DNA of 64,000 nt from Octopus bimaculoides (GCF_001194135.2 NC_069005.1:12369217-12433216); one strand, 5' to 3'. Counted from the first letter of the stretch, positions 35,329 through 48,835 are shown. The notes: generated by a model not told the origin, from the sequence alone. Program-made: numbers and translations.

Positions 35329-36490
35329 GTGAGAGATTTAGATGTTTATTCAGTAAGGATCAGACGAGAAACTTGCCTTTTCATCAAAAGCATTATCACA
35401 GCAACGCCAACATCAGCAGAGGCAAACTACAGTAGAAGCAACACCACCTCCACCCAAAACAACAACATCAAAACAAAGCCTAGAAGATACAACAACAACG
35501 AAAACCAAACCAGAAACAATAGCAATATCAACAACACCACCATTACCAATGGAAAAAATACCAAACGCAGGAACAGCAACAGGACTGGCTCCGGAAAAAA
35601 ACAGCAGAAACAACAACAACAGCAGCAAAAGAAAAAGCAACAGTGAAAAAAAAAACTCAAAAGGAAGCCCTAAAAGAAACACCAACCCAACAGAGTTGAT
35701 CCTTCCCGAGTCTGACTCGGACATGTGGAAATAAAATGGACAAAGAAGAGTGGAAAGAATTTCCACAAAGAAAAGAAACGAAAAACGGACTCAAAAACAG
35801 CGCCTCCCCACAAAACAGAGGCAGTCACACAACTATTAACCGCAACCTCATTACCAACACCACAAATACCACTGTCACCACCGCACATAAAACAGAAACC
35901 ACCACCAAAAAGCAGAATGAACCTCACTGCAATAAACACAAAAATATATAACTAAGGAAATACATACAAGAACACATCGACATCAACGAATTTTATTTGT
36001 GCACCACCCAAAGCACCACCACACATACAGATCCTCAGCATTTCAAATAACACGTTCATTGACATAAAAGAAAATTATCCCAATGCGGTGGGCAAATTTC
36101 AGAAAACTATAAGTAAAATCCTTTATAAAAACCAGATCATTGAAACACCCAGAGCGAGCCAGGGGAGTGAGGAAACTACTCAGCCAAAATAGTAAGTAGT
36201 TTTCTGGGGGAGGGGGGGATAAGCGTTGCAACAATAGCTGCAATGAATGGTTCTGTCTTGAGCAAAAATTCTTAATCAAAGACATAGGCTTTCGCCCTAG
36301 CGTTCAGGTTATTTCGTGGGGTGTGGGGCTTTCACAACCAACCCAGGAAACATCCCCCTTTTGGGGAATTACTGTTGTTTATATTTTACTATTGCTACTT
36401 CTTTGTACACGCTTTCATGTATGACCCCACACGTATGTCTAGTATTGTCCCTTTTTTCGGAGCCCTAGTGGCCAATAAAGAAAAGAATTT
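35329..36490 (+). mobile_element. L1/Tx1-type element: frameshifted ORF1-like region joined directly to the ORF2 tip and 3'UTR
   Basis: P/T/K-rich ORF1-like frames end FQKTISKILYK...QPK** at 36190-36195. Then about 25 ORF2-end-like codons (ISVATIAAMNGSVLS), the UTR, and gccAATAAA at 36474. Confidence 0.6.
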
Positions 36491-36695
36491 CTTGCCGAAC
36501 GACCACACAGATGATCTTGTTTATAGTGATCAAGTGTTTGTGTCGACATAATCTCACTCACTCCATGAAATCGACATTATCTGTACAGGTGTACAGGTGC
36601 ATCGTGTGCTACATGTACAGGTGCACCATGTGCTACATGTCAGAGGACAAAATAATCGCAGAGCAACGTGAAAGCAAGTGTCTTGCTCAATAACC
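36480..36695 (-). mobile_element. SINE family D body, headless, with an internal 24-bp tandem duplication
   Basis: rc ttgagcaagacacttgctttcacgttgctc; tgtacaggtgca(tcg/cca)tgtgctaca twice. Confidence 0.6.
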
Positions 36696-37684
36696 TGTAT
36701 TAGAATGAATTATTCTTCTTGTTGATATTGTTACATATTATTCATTTTGTTACCATCAGTGTGATTTGTCATGGCTTGTCGAACTGGTCAATTCCTAGTC
36801 TCTTTACATTTTAATTTCCAAAGCATTTATCTGAGTGTTTGTGGAGTGTATGCGAGATATATACTACACAAGTGGTCTTGTTTGAACGTAGCAATTTACC
36901 GTTGGCTCTCTGATGCAAACACACACGCGCGCGCACATACTCACACACACACACATGGATATGTACAAGCATGCATAACTTACAAACTAATAGAAACACG
37001 CCCTCAATCCTACACTATAAATAAATAGAAAGACAGATAGACTGGCAGGCATAATTTCATACATATTGTGGCATAACTAAATCCTCGTCATCGTCAATGT
37101 GCTTGGTCACCCATGTTGTTAGAACATTTGTAAACTAAGGAATAAATTTTACAGCATAAATTCCTCTCATCAAAGATATATATATATACACACATACGCA
37201 CACATAGACGTTCATATATGTGTATACAGACTTTTGTATAACAAATTTAATTCACATATCATTGGTTAACTTCCGGCAATGCTACAATATATCTTACCGA
37301 ATGCCTTGCTAAGTAAATGAAAAGAATATCTTGTAATGAAGAATAACTTTGATATAATTCTATAGCTTCAAGTAGAATATTTCTCCAGTGTAATAGGCCG
37401 TGTTATAATAACATCATTTGTACTAACTCTTCAGAGAAGAAGAGGTTCGATATTTCAGGGCAATGATCTTAATAGAGTATAGCAAGCTGTTTCTTGTGCC
37501 ACACCTGCGGATAATACGAATGAAGTGATTGAGATGATTTCATAGATAATACGGAAATGAATTCACCACTATCGAAATTTACCTGAAAGCACAAACATTT
37601 GAAGTCTAAATGTAGATATCAGCAGTAGTAAACATTAAAACAGAATTTACGAATTATATTAGTTTCTGATTTAAGCAATAGACC

Positions 37685-38545
37685 AGCAAATGACTAAATG
37701 CCATCGACCTCAGTGTGACTGGTACTTGATGTTATCGACTTCGAAAGGATGAAAAGTGAAGTTAGCCTCAGTGGGATTTGAACTCAGAATACAAAGAGTC
37801 AGAAGAACGTTAAGAGTGAGAAGAAATATTATTGTCAGGCCAAGAATTTGGGGAAAGGACATAAATCGATTACATCGACCCCAGCACTGAACTGGCACTT
37901 AATTTATCGACCCTGAAGAGATGAAAGACAAAGTCGACCTCTACAGAATCTGAACTCAGTACGTAAAGACGCACGAAATGACACTAACCATTTTGCCCGG
38001 TTTGCTAGCCATTCTGCCAGCTCAGAACCTTAATGAGAAATATAGAAAAGCATTTTTCCGACGCGTGAAATGCTTAGCGGGAAATGAAAGCAAGCCGTGT
38101 GAAATGCTTGGCGCTATTACGACTGTATTTATGCTCTGACTTCAAATTCCCCTGAGGTAGACTTTGTCTTTCATCCTTTAGGAGTCGATGAAATAAGTAC
38201 CAGTTGCGCAATGGGATCGATATAATCGACATATCTCCCCACCCAAAATGTCAGGCTTTGTGCTTATAGTAGAAAGCATTATTTAAACTAGTGTAGACCT
38301 ACCAGTATTTCATTTAATTAAGGAAATTTAATGCTTGCTTAATTTAAAGCAGATTGCTGGCAGAATAAGTTGCACGGTGGGCAAAATAATTCTTCGCGAC
38401 ACTTCGTCCGTCTTTATGCTCTGAGTTCAAATTCCACCGAAGCCGACTGTGTCTTTCATCAATTCGGGGTCGATAAAATAAGTACCAGTCAAACACTGAG
38501 GTTGATGTAATAAACATAACCTCCACCTCCACCCAAAATTTGAAC
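37685..38545. mobile_element. Four SINE A copies (37685-37830 -, 37820-38030 -, 38088-38283 +, 38343-38545 +)
   Basis: Core motifs present. Confidence 0.8.
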
Positions 38546-39364
38546 CCAATATTTGTTTAATTTAGAGTGTGACCATCTTGGTTCGGAAAAATCAGTGATA
38601 ACGAAATGTCTTTGGAATCAGAGTTTCCCGGAAATCAATGTTAAACCTGTCTCAAGTAAACTGCGTTTCGACACACACACTGCTCATCATACGATTACAC
38701 CACTACTTAGCAGTTTGTGAAAGTATAATTTTAATCTGCGCGGGAACAAATATAACTGGCAAAACAAATACAGTTTAAGCTTAGCCGTCAGACAGAATAT
38801 CAATGTACCTTAGTATTCATTCTGAACTGTCCTGGGTCTACACAATAATATGAAGACAAGACAACTAATGGAGACTACGTGGTCGATCGTTCTTGCGACT
38901 AAAGCTACGAGCCTAACTGTCATAATGTTATTTTAATCTATCGTTTGGAAAGTAGGAATTTAGTTCTAGATTTCACTAAAATGATGCCTGGGTTAACTTC
39001 TCTCAGATTTCTGTATAATCATGGTTGACCTAGAGGGAAATAACAACATCGGAAAGTAGTACCTGTTTTGACGGCAATTGGAGATTAACAATAGACGAGT
39101 AATATAAAGCAGAATTAGAAATAAATATTAACGCATTTCTTTTCGTGAAGCTAGATTAAAATCAGATAATATGCACGTTTTGTATTTGTATGTGTGTATA
39201 TATGAGTATGAGTGTGTGTTGCAAAACATATCGTAGAAACAACAGTTTTAAAAGAAAATATAAGGTATAATACGGCAAGTACAGGGAGTTAATATTATTA
39301 ATGGGAATGCAAGGAAATGAGTCTAGCTGCAATAGGAATTGGCGGTGGAGGGGAAACAATTTGA

Positions 39365-39640
39365 TATGAAATTGAATTTATTGCCAAGGTATTTATCAAT
39401 ATAAGAGAAAAGAAACCGAAAAAAAGTTTTTTTAAATAAATACAAAAAGACAATTACAAACAAAATGAATGGCTGAAAACAACATACAATACAAAACAAA
39501 ATTTACACAAACGATAAAAGGAAAACACGAGAAAAGAGAACAAACACGAAATAATTCCATATTAGTGTGAAAGGAAGAAAAGAAGGAAAAATAGGTTATT
39601 TATTTGCATGGTTTTCCAACGCTTTCTTTAGGGTATCTGT
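39365..39640 (-). mobile_element. Possible L1/Tx1-type 3'UTR
   Basis: Minus strand accctaag..ttggaaaac, a T-rich tract, and ttggcAATAAA, like the other three UTRs. Confidence 0.4.
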
Positions 39641-39839
39641 TAGATTACAAACATTACAAGAATTAATCTGTTTTAATTTAAATTGAAACCATGATGGCGA
39701 TTATTATCATTATTATTATTATCGTTGTTGCTCCTGTCGTCACCGGCGTCATCGTCTTCGTCGCTGCTGTTGTTGTTGTTGCTTTTATTGGCGTCATCGT
39801 TGTTCTTGTTATAATAACTATTAAATGATACATTAGATG

Positions 39840-40810
39840 TTGTCTTGTGTTTTGATGACAGCAAGTCTCCTCGAATCTCAAAACTCTTTCTTAGGCTTAT
39901 TGCAGAATATAAGATATCGTTTCTCTGCAGGTCAACAATGCATGTCCTTCTTCGAATTAGGTAACAGTTCGGATGATGTGTCATCTTCACCAACAACCTC
40001 AGGAATAGTTGTCATCTACGCCGATGGACTTCAGAAGGTATATCAAAAAATATTATATAAGGATGTACAATAAAGAATGTGAGAGAACATATATCTATCC
40101 TTCAACACAGAATTCATGTAATTAGCTCCTCGTTTGCTTTAATATCAGTTGGACATGATTTCGGTCAGAATAAGTATTATAAATGTAAGTGGCCTTGGCT
40201 TACCTTTGAAAAAGTGCCATCTGCTCAACGACTACAGGTCACTATACATAGATACGTGGACATCAACAAGACTAGAAATCCCTTTCCTCGATCCCTCGCA
40301 GCCGTATTTGGTGGATACGATATTTATTTATTTCTAAGCCCACCGGGATTGAAAGGTGAAGAAACTGTACTGTTTCGGAAGGCTGAATCTTACAATACGA
40401 ACCATCTTCTTTGACCCAGAGCGTAAGTTTGTAGTACTTTCGACGTGAACAATAAAGTCCATACTTCAGACTCTTAGTTATGTACCACCCAAGATAGGTT
40501 TCCATAGACATTTGAGTATTTCCTTAGAACATCCCACTCTTTATAGCTAGTGGAAATTTGGAATGGTATCTAGGATGCAAGCTTGGATTGTGTGGGTCTC
40601 AAAACGGTTTCAAACAACTCACCAACCTGCTCAGTACTTTCGAAATGTCTGACGAGTACTTACAAGATATTTCGTACGTTACAATGGACTACAGTAGTCC
40701 ACAATGGCCTACAATTCGAAATTCTCGACTACACAGGCCACAAGTTTGTGATCTGCGTGATCAATCTAATTAGGCTCCGTAAACAAGGACCCAGTTATTG
40801 CAGGAAGAAA
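39840..40810 (+). pseudogene. L1/Tx1-type LINE: ORF1 C-terminus plus ORF2 AP-endonuclease domain, degraded
   Basis: ORF1 end LQKVYQKILYKDVQ* at 40073, then MISVRISIINVSGLG (APE N-terminal IN.xGL motif), VLFRK, FFDPE, HKFVICVI..QGPSY in shifting frames. Confidence 0.75.
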
Positions 40811-41006
40811 GCATTGATCTCGACGCACTTTGATTACAAAAAATGGGCTATCTAATGAGTTAGCAGTGCGTTGACGTGTCAATGCTACAAATAATTTTGT
40901 ACTCTTAAAAGTTCGATTAAAGTAGAATCAATAAGGTATAGTAAGAACTTAGCGACAGAAAAAAATAGGCTAGGTATCTAGAATAGGCGCTTTGGAAAGG
41001 TAGTTA

Positions 41007-41190
41007 ATTCTTTATTGCCCACAGGGGGCTAAATATATATGGGACAAACAAGAACAGACAAGAGGATTAAGTCGATTACATCGACCCCAGTGATTAACTG
41101 ATACTTATTTAATCGACCCCAAAAGGATGAAAGGCAAAGTCGACATCGGCGGAATTTGAACTCATAACTTAACGGCAGACAAATATCGCA
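41007..41190 (-). mobile_element. SINE family A
   Basis: Matches 1275-1495. Confidence 0.88.
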
Positions 41191-41313
41191 AAGACACAGC
41201 AGTAAATTTCGACAGTAAAAGAACATGGAAAATTTCAACAGTAAATACATAGAAAATTAACTGGTTGTGTAAACCAGGAAAAGAAGTATTTAGATATAAC
41301 GGCTGATCAATCA

Positions 41314-41545
41314 CTACTACTACTACTACTACTACTATCAATAGTACTACAAGTAGTAGCAATAGTAGTAAATGGAACAGTAACAGTAATAATCGTAGCA
41401 TTAGTAGTAGTCGTAGTAGTGGTGGGGGTACTTGTGGTGATAGCGGTAGTAGTAGTAGTAGTAGTAGTAGTAGCAGCAGCAGTAGCAGTGGCAGTAGTAG
41501 TAGTAGTAGCAGTAGTAGTAGCAGTAGTGGTTGCTGCTGCTGTTA
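41314..41545 (+). repeat. (ACT)n/(AGT)n/(AGC)n trinucleotide tract
   Basis: Directly visible. Confidence 0.9.
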
Positions 41546-41690
41546 GTGCACCCGACAAAACAGCATTCTGTCCGTCTTCACGTTCTCAGTTCAAATTCCA
41601 CCGAGGTCAGATTTGCCTTTTAAAGCTTCCGGATCGATAAGATAAGTACCAGATAAACACTGGGGTCGATGTAATCGACTAGTCCCCGTA
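41545..41690 (+). mobile_element. SINE family A, partial
   Basis: cagttcaaattccaccgaggtcagatttgcc...ggggtcgatgtaatcgactagtccc. Confidence 0.8.
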
Positions 41691-41869
41691 AAAATGATTA
41701 CCGCTAATGCAATTTAAATTATATAATCTAATTACATTGTTCAACCTTCAGAGTCTTATAAGTTTCATAACTAATTTTAGTGCGTAAGTGTAAGTGTTGT
41801 TACCACTGGTTCGGCAGCAACTGTCATAAATTAGGTTTAGAACCTAGTTTATATGTTACATGTTCTAAG

Positions 41870-42910
41870 GGTCTCTTAAGATTTGACTATTTGTCGTTAG
41901 TAAAAAGGATTTTTATTAATGATCCAGTGTGTTCTCCGCAGTTCATCACTTTAATGGAGCTGCAATCTTGTATCAGAAAATAACGAAGATTAGGTGCCTG
42001 ACATCTGAAATTTCATCACTACCCTCTACCAGTCTGCCAATATGGCCAGTGGAAGTTCTAAGGTATCATTATAGATAGAAATCTAGTGGTGTGTAAGAGA
42101 AATGACTTCCTGGGAGGAACTTTAGGCGCCGATGGCTACGTACTAGCTGGTTTGTTTCCGAGGACTTTCAGGCCAAGTAATTCCATGGATATCTTCCGGA
42201 AATCCCTGGCTTGGAAGTACTACCGAGAAGCACTGCCAGTTCGAGATTAACTCTACAGACACGGAAACGCTGTCATACAAGACTGTCCATGATGCGCGCA
42301 GAGCGATGAAACCGTTCTACAGTGTCCGAGTATTGTTCTCTTGTGGAGCAGCTGTTCTCGCGTTTGGAACGAATTCGATTACCGGTCGAGTCCATGATGA
42401 AGATCGGCCAACCACCCATCCTAAACAAGGCAGAGTGAGTGGTGTTCCACTGTCTTGTGGTTATGGCGTAAGAGGTTATGTGATTGACAAAGCTGAAAGG
42501 ATTAATTACGAAACCTTCCTTTTAGTTCAATCCCTCATCGACTTTTTCAAGTTCCACTTCGAAAGGAAAGTGAGGGAGAAGAGTGAAGTGTCACCACCCA
42601 GTGAATAGGTAAAAAAATATGTGAGTGTGGCAAAAATGGTTAAAGTGAATGCACTTGAAGATTCGGGAATCTTTATTGGCCAGCGTAATGCTGGATCTGT
42701 GGGATTCCTTTAATGACCCTAGCTGGATTACTCCTGTATTTGAGGAATGCATCGTTCATTTTACCACATACACACCATATATGTTGTTACTGCATTTCAC
42801 CGTCTTTTCCAGTTTTTGTTCTCATTCTTTATGCAAATCTACGCACGAATAATTGACTATTTTTATGATGTGCTCCTCATCTATGCTCTTGTGATTAATA
42901 AAAGAAATCA
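41870..42910 (+). pseudogene. L1/Tx1-type ORF2 C-terminus (zf-RVT-like), 3'UTR and tail
   Basis: LAWKYYREALPVRD*LYRHG..DCP*CAQSDETVLQCP, FFKFHFERKVRE; AATAAA at 42897; (CAT/CGT)n tail. Confidence 0.8.
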
Positions 42911-43341
42911 TTATCATCGTCATCGTCGTCGTCGTCATTGTCGTCATCACTATCACTGAAATCTCATATTTCCCTAAGTTTCTAGCGAAGTCATTCAAAG
43001 GAAATTTTCCATAGAAAATGCAAATATTTTCTCTTTCTTTCTAAATCGAGAACCAACAACAAGTAATGTCTAAAACAATCGCAACAGGAACTGTTAATCA
43101 TATCTTGTTTATGAAAGTCAATTATCATTATATCAATGTATTGTAAAAATATTCATTAAATATTTGCTACAAGGGGAATATTTGTAGTGAGTTAATTGAA
43201 AACCAGCAGCCTTTATCGTATTGTGACTACTGTAGAGTCTTGTTTCAATATCTCTAAATCATCGGCTAAGTTTACAAACCTTGACCAAACCGATGGAGTA
43301 CATCGCTCTGCGGGTCAACGAGCTGTCTGTTTCTAAAACAG

Positions 43342-43424
43342 CTTTGTGGTTATGCTGTATGAACAGAAATTCCATGATAAATTCATAAAAGATCCTCTAC
43401 GTCACATATTTGTTTTGACTTATG
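43342..43424 (+). CDS. Candidate coding exon FVVMLYEQKFHDKFIKDPLRHIFVLTY(G); weakly sulfotransferase-like
   Basis: Acceptor tgtttctaaaacAG and donor G|GTAAGT; one open frame. HIFVLTYG resembles residues before the RSGS PAPS-binding loop, but no RSGS exon was found. Confidence 0.3.
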
Positions 43425-46400
43425 GTAAGTAGATATATAAGTGGATAACTTATATAAAGTTATCCACTCTGTATGTAATTTATGATTATGTTCAATATTA
43501 AGTGGAGTTAGTGGATATTATCTGATATGACTATGTAATTTGCTATGATACTATAAATGTATTGTGCTGGTTGGAAATATAATCTGCTAATATAGGTTAT
43601 AAACAATTATATCACTTGGTGGGTTATTTGATATCATGATTTTAAATATCATACTGAGTGACTATAAAATCTGGTATCATGATATATTGCATTGCATGAC
43701 TGTAAAAATTACTATAACTTATACATATTTGATAAAGTGAGATGTAGTTAACGGAATGCGATAAATTCTTAGTTAATTGAAATTTTTCATTTAGTTGCAG
43801 AAAGAAGACGTTATGTTAGCGACTTTCTAACTGAAGTGGAGTTAACGTTGTGAAATGAAGAATCCATTTCACTAAAACATTAGTTTATTTGCTTAAAAGG
43901 TGAATGGATTTTTGTCAACATGGAAAATGAAAGCAATAGTCTTGCTTCTGCTTTAGTGGACATCGTTATTGAAATATGAACAAAATTGAGCTTGCGTAAA
44001 ATATCGGCAATGATTTTGGCATGTAGAAAAAGAAGAGATTTTCCATTAGAAATTTGCATGCTTAGGACGTTCAGTTAGCTAATACTCCTAAACCACGGAC
44101 AGAAGCATACTGCCCATGTAGGATTTACACTAAATGACCTGTGAATGATTAGTTCACTACAACAGCCATGGTCGACGAAGCTGAAATAGCATGGACGAAT
44201 ACCAAATGGACGACGCATTTTCATAAAAATGCGTCGCATTAACAGAGGGCTACTAGAAGGCCAGGTTGAATAATTACACATCGTATTGAAAATTTCAGGA
44301 AAAGCGTTGTCGAAAATCTTGCCGGTTATATATAGTGATTGGAAGAGGAGGCAAGCTCAAATAAAATCGACTAGAGATTGGTTGAAAGCGTTAGACTGCA
44401 TCATAATGGAAATAGGAAATGATTGAGTCTGCTTGGCAGGAAGGATTTCACAAGGTCCGGGCGCTTTTCTGAACTCGAAAGGCGAGACTTTCGCATACTG
44501 CTTTCATGAACATAAATTTGTTTTGGTAACGTGGCAATGTCGCTTTACGAGTTTAATAAGGTTACTCACACGGCTTACAAACTTCACCTAACGTTAATGC
44601 TAATCCATTGAGAATAACTCTGCCTTTCCTCTTTCTTCCTTCCGACATTACATTTTGTTCACTAAATTGTGTTCAATTCTTTCGCTAAACCTGAATCAGA
44701 CTTGAGGCTATATAGCTTTAGTGCTGACGAGACTATAAGCTTGTGGATAGCATGTATGAAATGTCAATATATTGAACTGGTGATATACAGCGCGAAACTG
44801 AAGGTAATGTTCTGACCAGTTATCTACATTAACGTGGAATATATTTTGCGACGATATACGTGTATACATATATATATTTATCTGTTTGTGTATATATGTG
44901 TACATATATACATATTCTGAGAGGGGAATATGTTTAATAAAATGCTAATTAACTGATCCTTTTGTATTTTCTTTTACCCAAAGCCAGGAAATGTTAGGCA
45001 CCCCCATCGTATATCGACTGAAAGAAATACAGGTAAACACTCATGTTTTCTCGTATTTTTTTCCATCAGATCACCGTAGTATTTTTCAGCAATTATGTAT
45101 AATCGTGTGGTCTTTCTTTCGACTCCTCTTTTCCGAGGGATTGCGATATTTATATCTGCTCATAGCAGTGGCTTTTTTATATTGCATACATAATTGCGGC
45201 TTATTTGATAGTGTAGCCATGAAAAACTCTCAGTATGTGAATGTACATATATTAATATAAAATCTTTATCCGTGCAAAGCGACTAATAGCAAATACCTAC
45301 ATTAAAAATATCTAAATTAACTTTGCTTTCTTTTGAAATATAACGGGCGGCAAACAGCAATATCCTTACTTTTGATGTAAGGCCTTAACTTATTCATATT
45401 GATCGCTCTCAAAATATAAAGACAAATCTTTCCATAATTTTCATTTTTTAACTTTCATTTCATAAAGTAGTTTACAATATTTCATTATTTTTGTTTGAAT
45501 TGTTTTTTTTTTATATTTTACTAGTTTTTGCTTTAATTTTTTGATTTCATATTCTATTGTTTTTTTGCCTTAATTTTTTGGTTTTATATTTTCTAACACC
45601 AATTCATATATTTTTCTTTATATTTATTTATTTTTGTATCGTTATCATTAACTATGCTGAGAAACAAAGAGACTTACTTCCAAAGTTTATTTGGCAAAAC
45701 GTATATATGCGAAATATCTCACACAAATAATGTTATTTATCGATTGATCTCAATATCATGGCAGAAGAATAAAAGAAAATAAAAACAAAACCAAGCAGAA
45801 ACAAAAAATAAAAATAGCACACAAGAAGAATAATTATTTCCTTCAAGTGTTTGTTTGAGATGATAAAACAACGTGAGAAAAATAGCAAGCGAAGCTGGTG
45901 GTACGTCTTTTGTTGCCTTGTAGGCAACTTAACAAGGGGAGATAATTAGTATATTGTATTAGTTTATTGAATATATGCTACTATTTGTCGAACAGTTAAT
46001 TTTACCTTAGCTGTCGTGGAACTTAAAATATTATAAGCTATGACAAAAAACGAGATATAAAATTAATTAACTTTTCCTACAAAAGTCACATGTACTATAC
46101 CTATAACAATGGTAGCAAAAACAAGGACCAATTAATATCCTACATGCACCAGCACTACCACCTCTACCACCACCATCACCACCACCACCACCACATATCA
46201 TCAATACTACTACTACTATTGCTGCTGCTGGAAGCAGAAGCCATATGAAATAATTATCTTCCTATATTCTATTCATAATAATTTTAGTGCAAATGTTTCT
46301 TTGTACTTCTATTTCCCTCCTGTCAGTAAAACTTTAAAATGGTTTAACTTTATAGATATGCGTATAAATATGCGTGCGCGTGTGCGTATGTGATGTGCCT

Positions 46401-46785
46401 GTGTAAATGTGCGTGTATGTATACATATGACTATCCATGGACACACACTCACAAAAATGTATATATGCATAGATGCATATTTTAGTGTGTATATGTGTAT
46501 GTGTGTCTGTGTGTGGTTGTATGTGTTTGAATATGCACACGCGTGTGTCTGTTGGTGTGTGGGGGGTGCGTATCTGTGTTCATCTTCTTTTTTGCCGTTA
46601 ATTGTCCCTCGCTGTTAGGATGTTTTTCGCCACATAGCTAAATCGTTCGCCAAAAGATGTTCATAAGTTCTGGATTTTACAGATATACTGCAACCAAATT
46701 GTGCCAACTAAAAAATCAAGGTTGTGTCACCCAGTATAGTCGCAGTCAAATAAAAAAAAAACACATAAAAATATAAAATAAGAAG

Positions 46786-47157
46786 AAACAAGCGCACTCA
46801 GAGAGCGCAAACCTCCGCCAAGGCAACACCAACACCCTTTCAATGATTAGCCAGAGATTATTTTTAAAATTAGAATATCTGAAATAAACTCGACTTCTGA
46901 CACGAACGAGAATACTAAAAATGAACCAGACCGCTCTCAAAAATTAAGTAAAAAAAAGGTAAAATATTCCAGAATCCTTGTCCGGTACCAGAACGATCCT
47001 AAGATTTATCACTTCGTGCCAGTCAAGGGGCCAAACATCTCTGAAAGTTTCATCCGAATCCATGCAATGGTTCTTGAGATATCTTTTCCACGGACAAACA
47101 AACAAATAAACAGGACTGAAAACAATACCTCTGCTTTAGCGAAGGCGGAGGTAATAA
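46786..47157 (-). mobile_element. Helentron-associated (DINE-1/HINE-like) non-autonomous element
   Basis: Sub-terminal IRs acctccgcc(aagg) at 46811 and ggcggaggt at 47144; nearby short IR at 47127; (CAAA)-type microsatellite; 3' hairpin gcgctc-tct-gagtgc before a T-rich end. Confidence 0.7.
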
Positions 47158-47399
47158 CGGAAAAGGTTATAAGCATGTTTTTGATCCTGCAGTGGACCTG
47201 TTGAACAAGGGTTGATATAGGGCTGATAATAAGTTGATATAGGGCTGGTGAGGAGAAATGTATATTGATCATGTGCCATTAGTAAGGATTTGTGAGTGAG
47301 ATGTCTGAAAGGAAAAGAGTGTCTGTATGTCAAACATGCGTATATGAGACATGAGGATATATTAGTTTCAAATTCCAGCACAAAGCCAGTATGTTCCTG

Positions 47400-47560
47400 G
47401 GAAGTGCAAGTCAATTACATCGACCCCAGTGCTCAAATGGGACTTTAATTTAAAGACCCTGACTGGATGAAAGGCAAAGTCGACCCCAGCGGCATTCGAA
47501 CGCAGAACGTAAAGTTGGAAAAGATGTTACTAAGCTTTTTGCCCAGTACAGTAAAGATCG
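47400..47560 (-). mobile_element. SINE family A, partial
   Basis: attacatcgaccccagtgctcaa...gaaaggcaaagtcgacccc. Confidence 0.8.
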
Positions 47561-47641
47561 TGCCAACTCACGGCCGTATACATGCGTAAATACTAGAAGC
47601 TTACAATATGCGAAATCAGATAATCTTTCTATTGCCTCAAC

Positions 47642-47680
<39 letters not shown>

Positions 47681-48486
47681 TAAATGGTATGTATGCGGGT
47701 GTGTAGTTGCATACTAATTTATATGCGCGTGTATTTTATATACTTATATCTATATATATGGGTGTGCATAAAACATATAATATATATATACACACGTGTA
47801 TAGATGTATGTATGTATGTATGTATCTATGTATGTAAGCATATATATTTATGTGTATGTGTGTGTGTATGTTTGTACATACGTTTATATGTATATATTTA
47901 TGTGTTTGTATGCATTTGTTTCTTCAAAACATATTACGAAACAATTTACCGTCAGTGTAATGAATTATCAAGTATCTACAGTATTTTTTCATATGTTAAA
48001 AGGTTTAAATTTCACGGCTTCATTACCTAAGTATGAATCTGACCAAAGTCAATCAGTGGATGGATTTTTCTTGTTTGTTTTTGTCTTTCATATCCTGTTT
48101 TCGAATCCTCAATGGAATTTTCGGTTGTATAGCTTTTAGGATGTCGACTAATTGGTGACCCTGATTATGAGTAAACGTTGTATACAGCTGTTGAAAATTG
48201 CTGGTTAATCAGGTTTTAAATGTGTTGCAACAGGTTTTGATATATATCTGTACGTGCATCTCAAAAACATTTTCATATGTGTCTGCTAAACGTTCATGCC
48301 CGTTTACTGCCTTTTTTAGTAAGTTTTTGTGGCATACTTTCTTAGTAATATTATGCTTTCCTTTCATACGTTCCAAGTTACTTCGGTAGTTTAAAACATG
48401 TGAATATGTATGATATGATGCCAGGGAATACATTCTGAGTATCACATGTTTTATCACATGTTTTACACAGGAAAGCAATGTGATAA

Positions 48487-48539
<53 letters not shown>

Positions 48540-48835
48540 GCGTGCGTGCGTGCTTGCTGCATGTGTATCACTCCTCGTAATTTTTATATTATATTTATCT
48601 GATTCGATGGGGCGTTTCATAAGGTAATACATTTATGTCGACATATGGAATGCAGTTCTTGTCTTTTATTAAAGGGTGCACAATAGCGAGTTAATGTGTG
48701 AGATATTTCTACTTAACATTGATTGCACATTCATGCATGAATACCCTGACATAACACTTTGATTTCATTCTTTTACGTTCCCGAAAGCAAACACAGGGAA
48801 AAGGAGAGTAAATAGAACAAACATAATTGACTTAC

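Noticed and set aside
37420-37610. IFIDNGNEF resembling an integrase DNG motif
   Set aside because: The surrounding residues do not fit an integrase core, and there is an in-frame stop nearby.
44211-44236. Perfect 11-bp GC-rich hairpin followed by CTAG (Helitron 3' end?)
   Set aside because: The spacing to CTAG is longer than typical, the next base is A rather than T, and no 5' TC end or second copy was seen.
44991-45260. 89-aa ORF with a hydrophobic stretch
   Set aside because: The T-rich composition explains the hydrophobicity; conflicting splice signals; no homology recognised.
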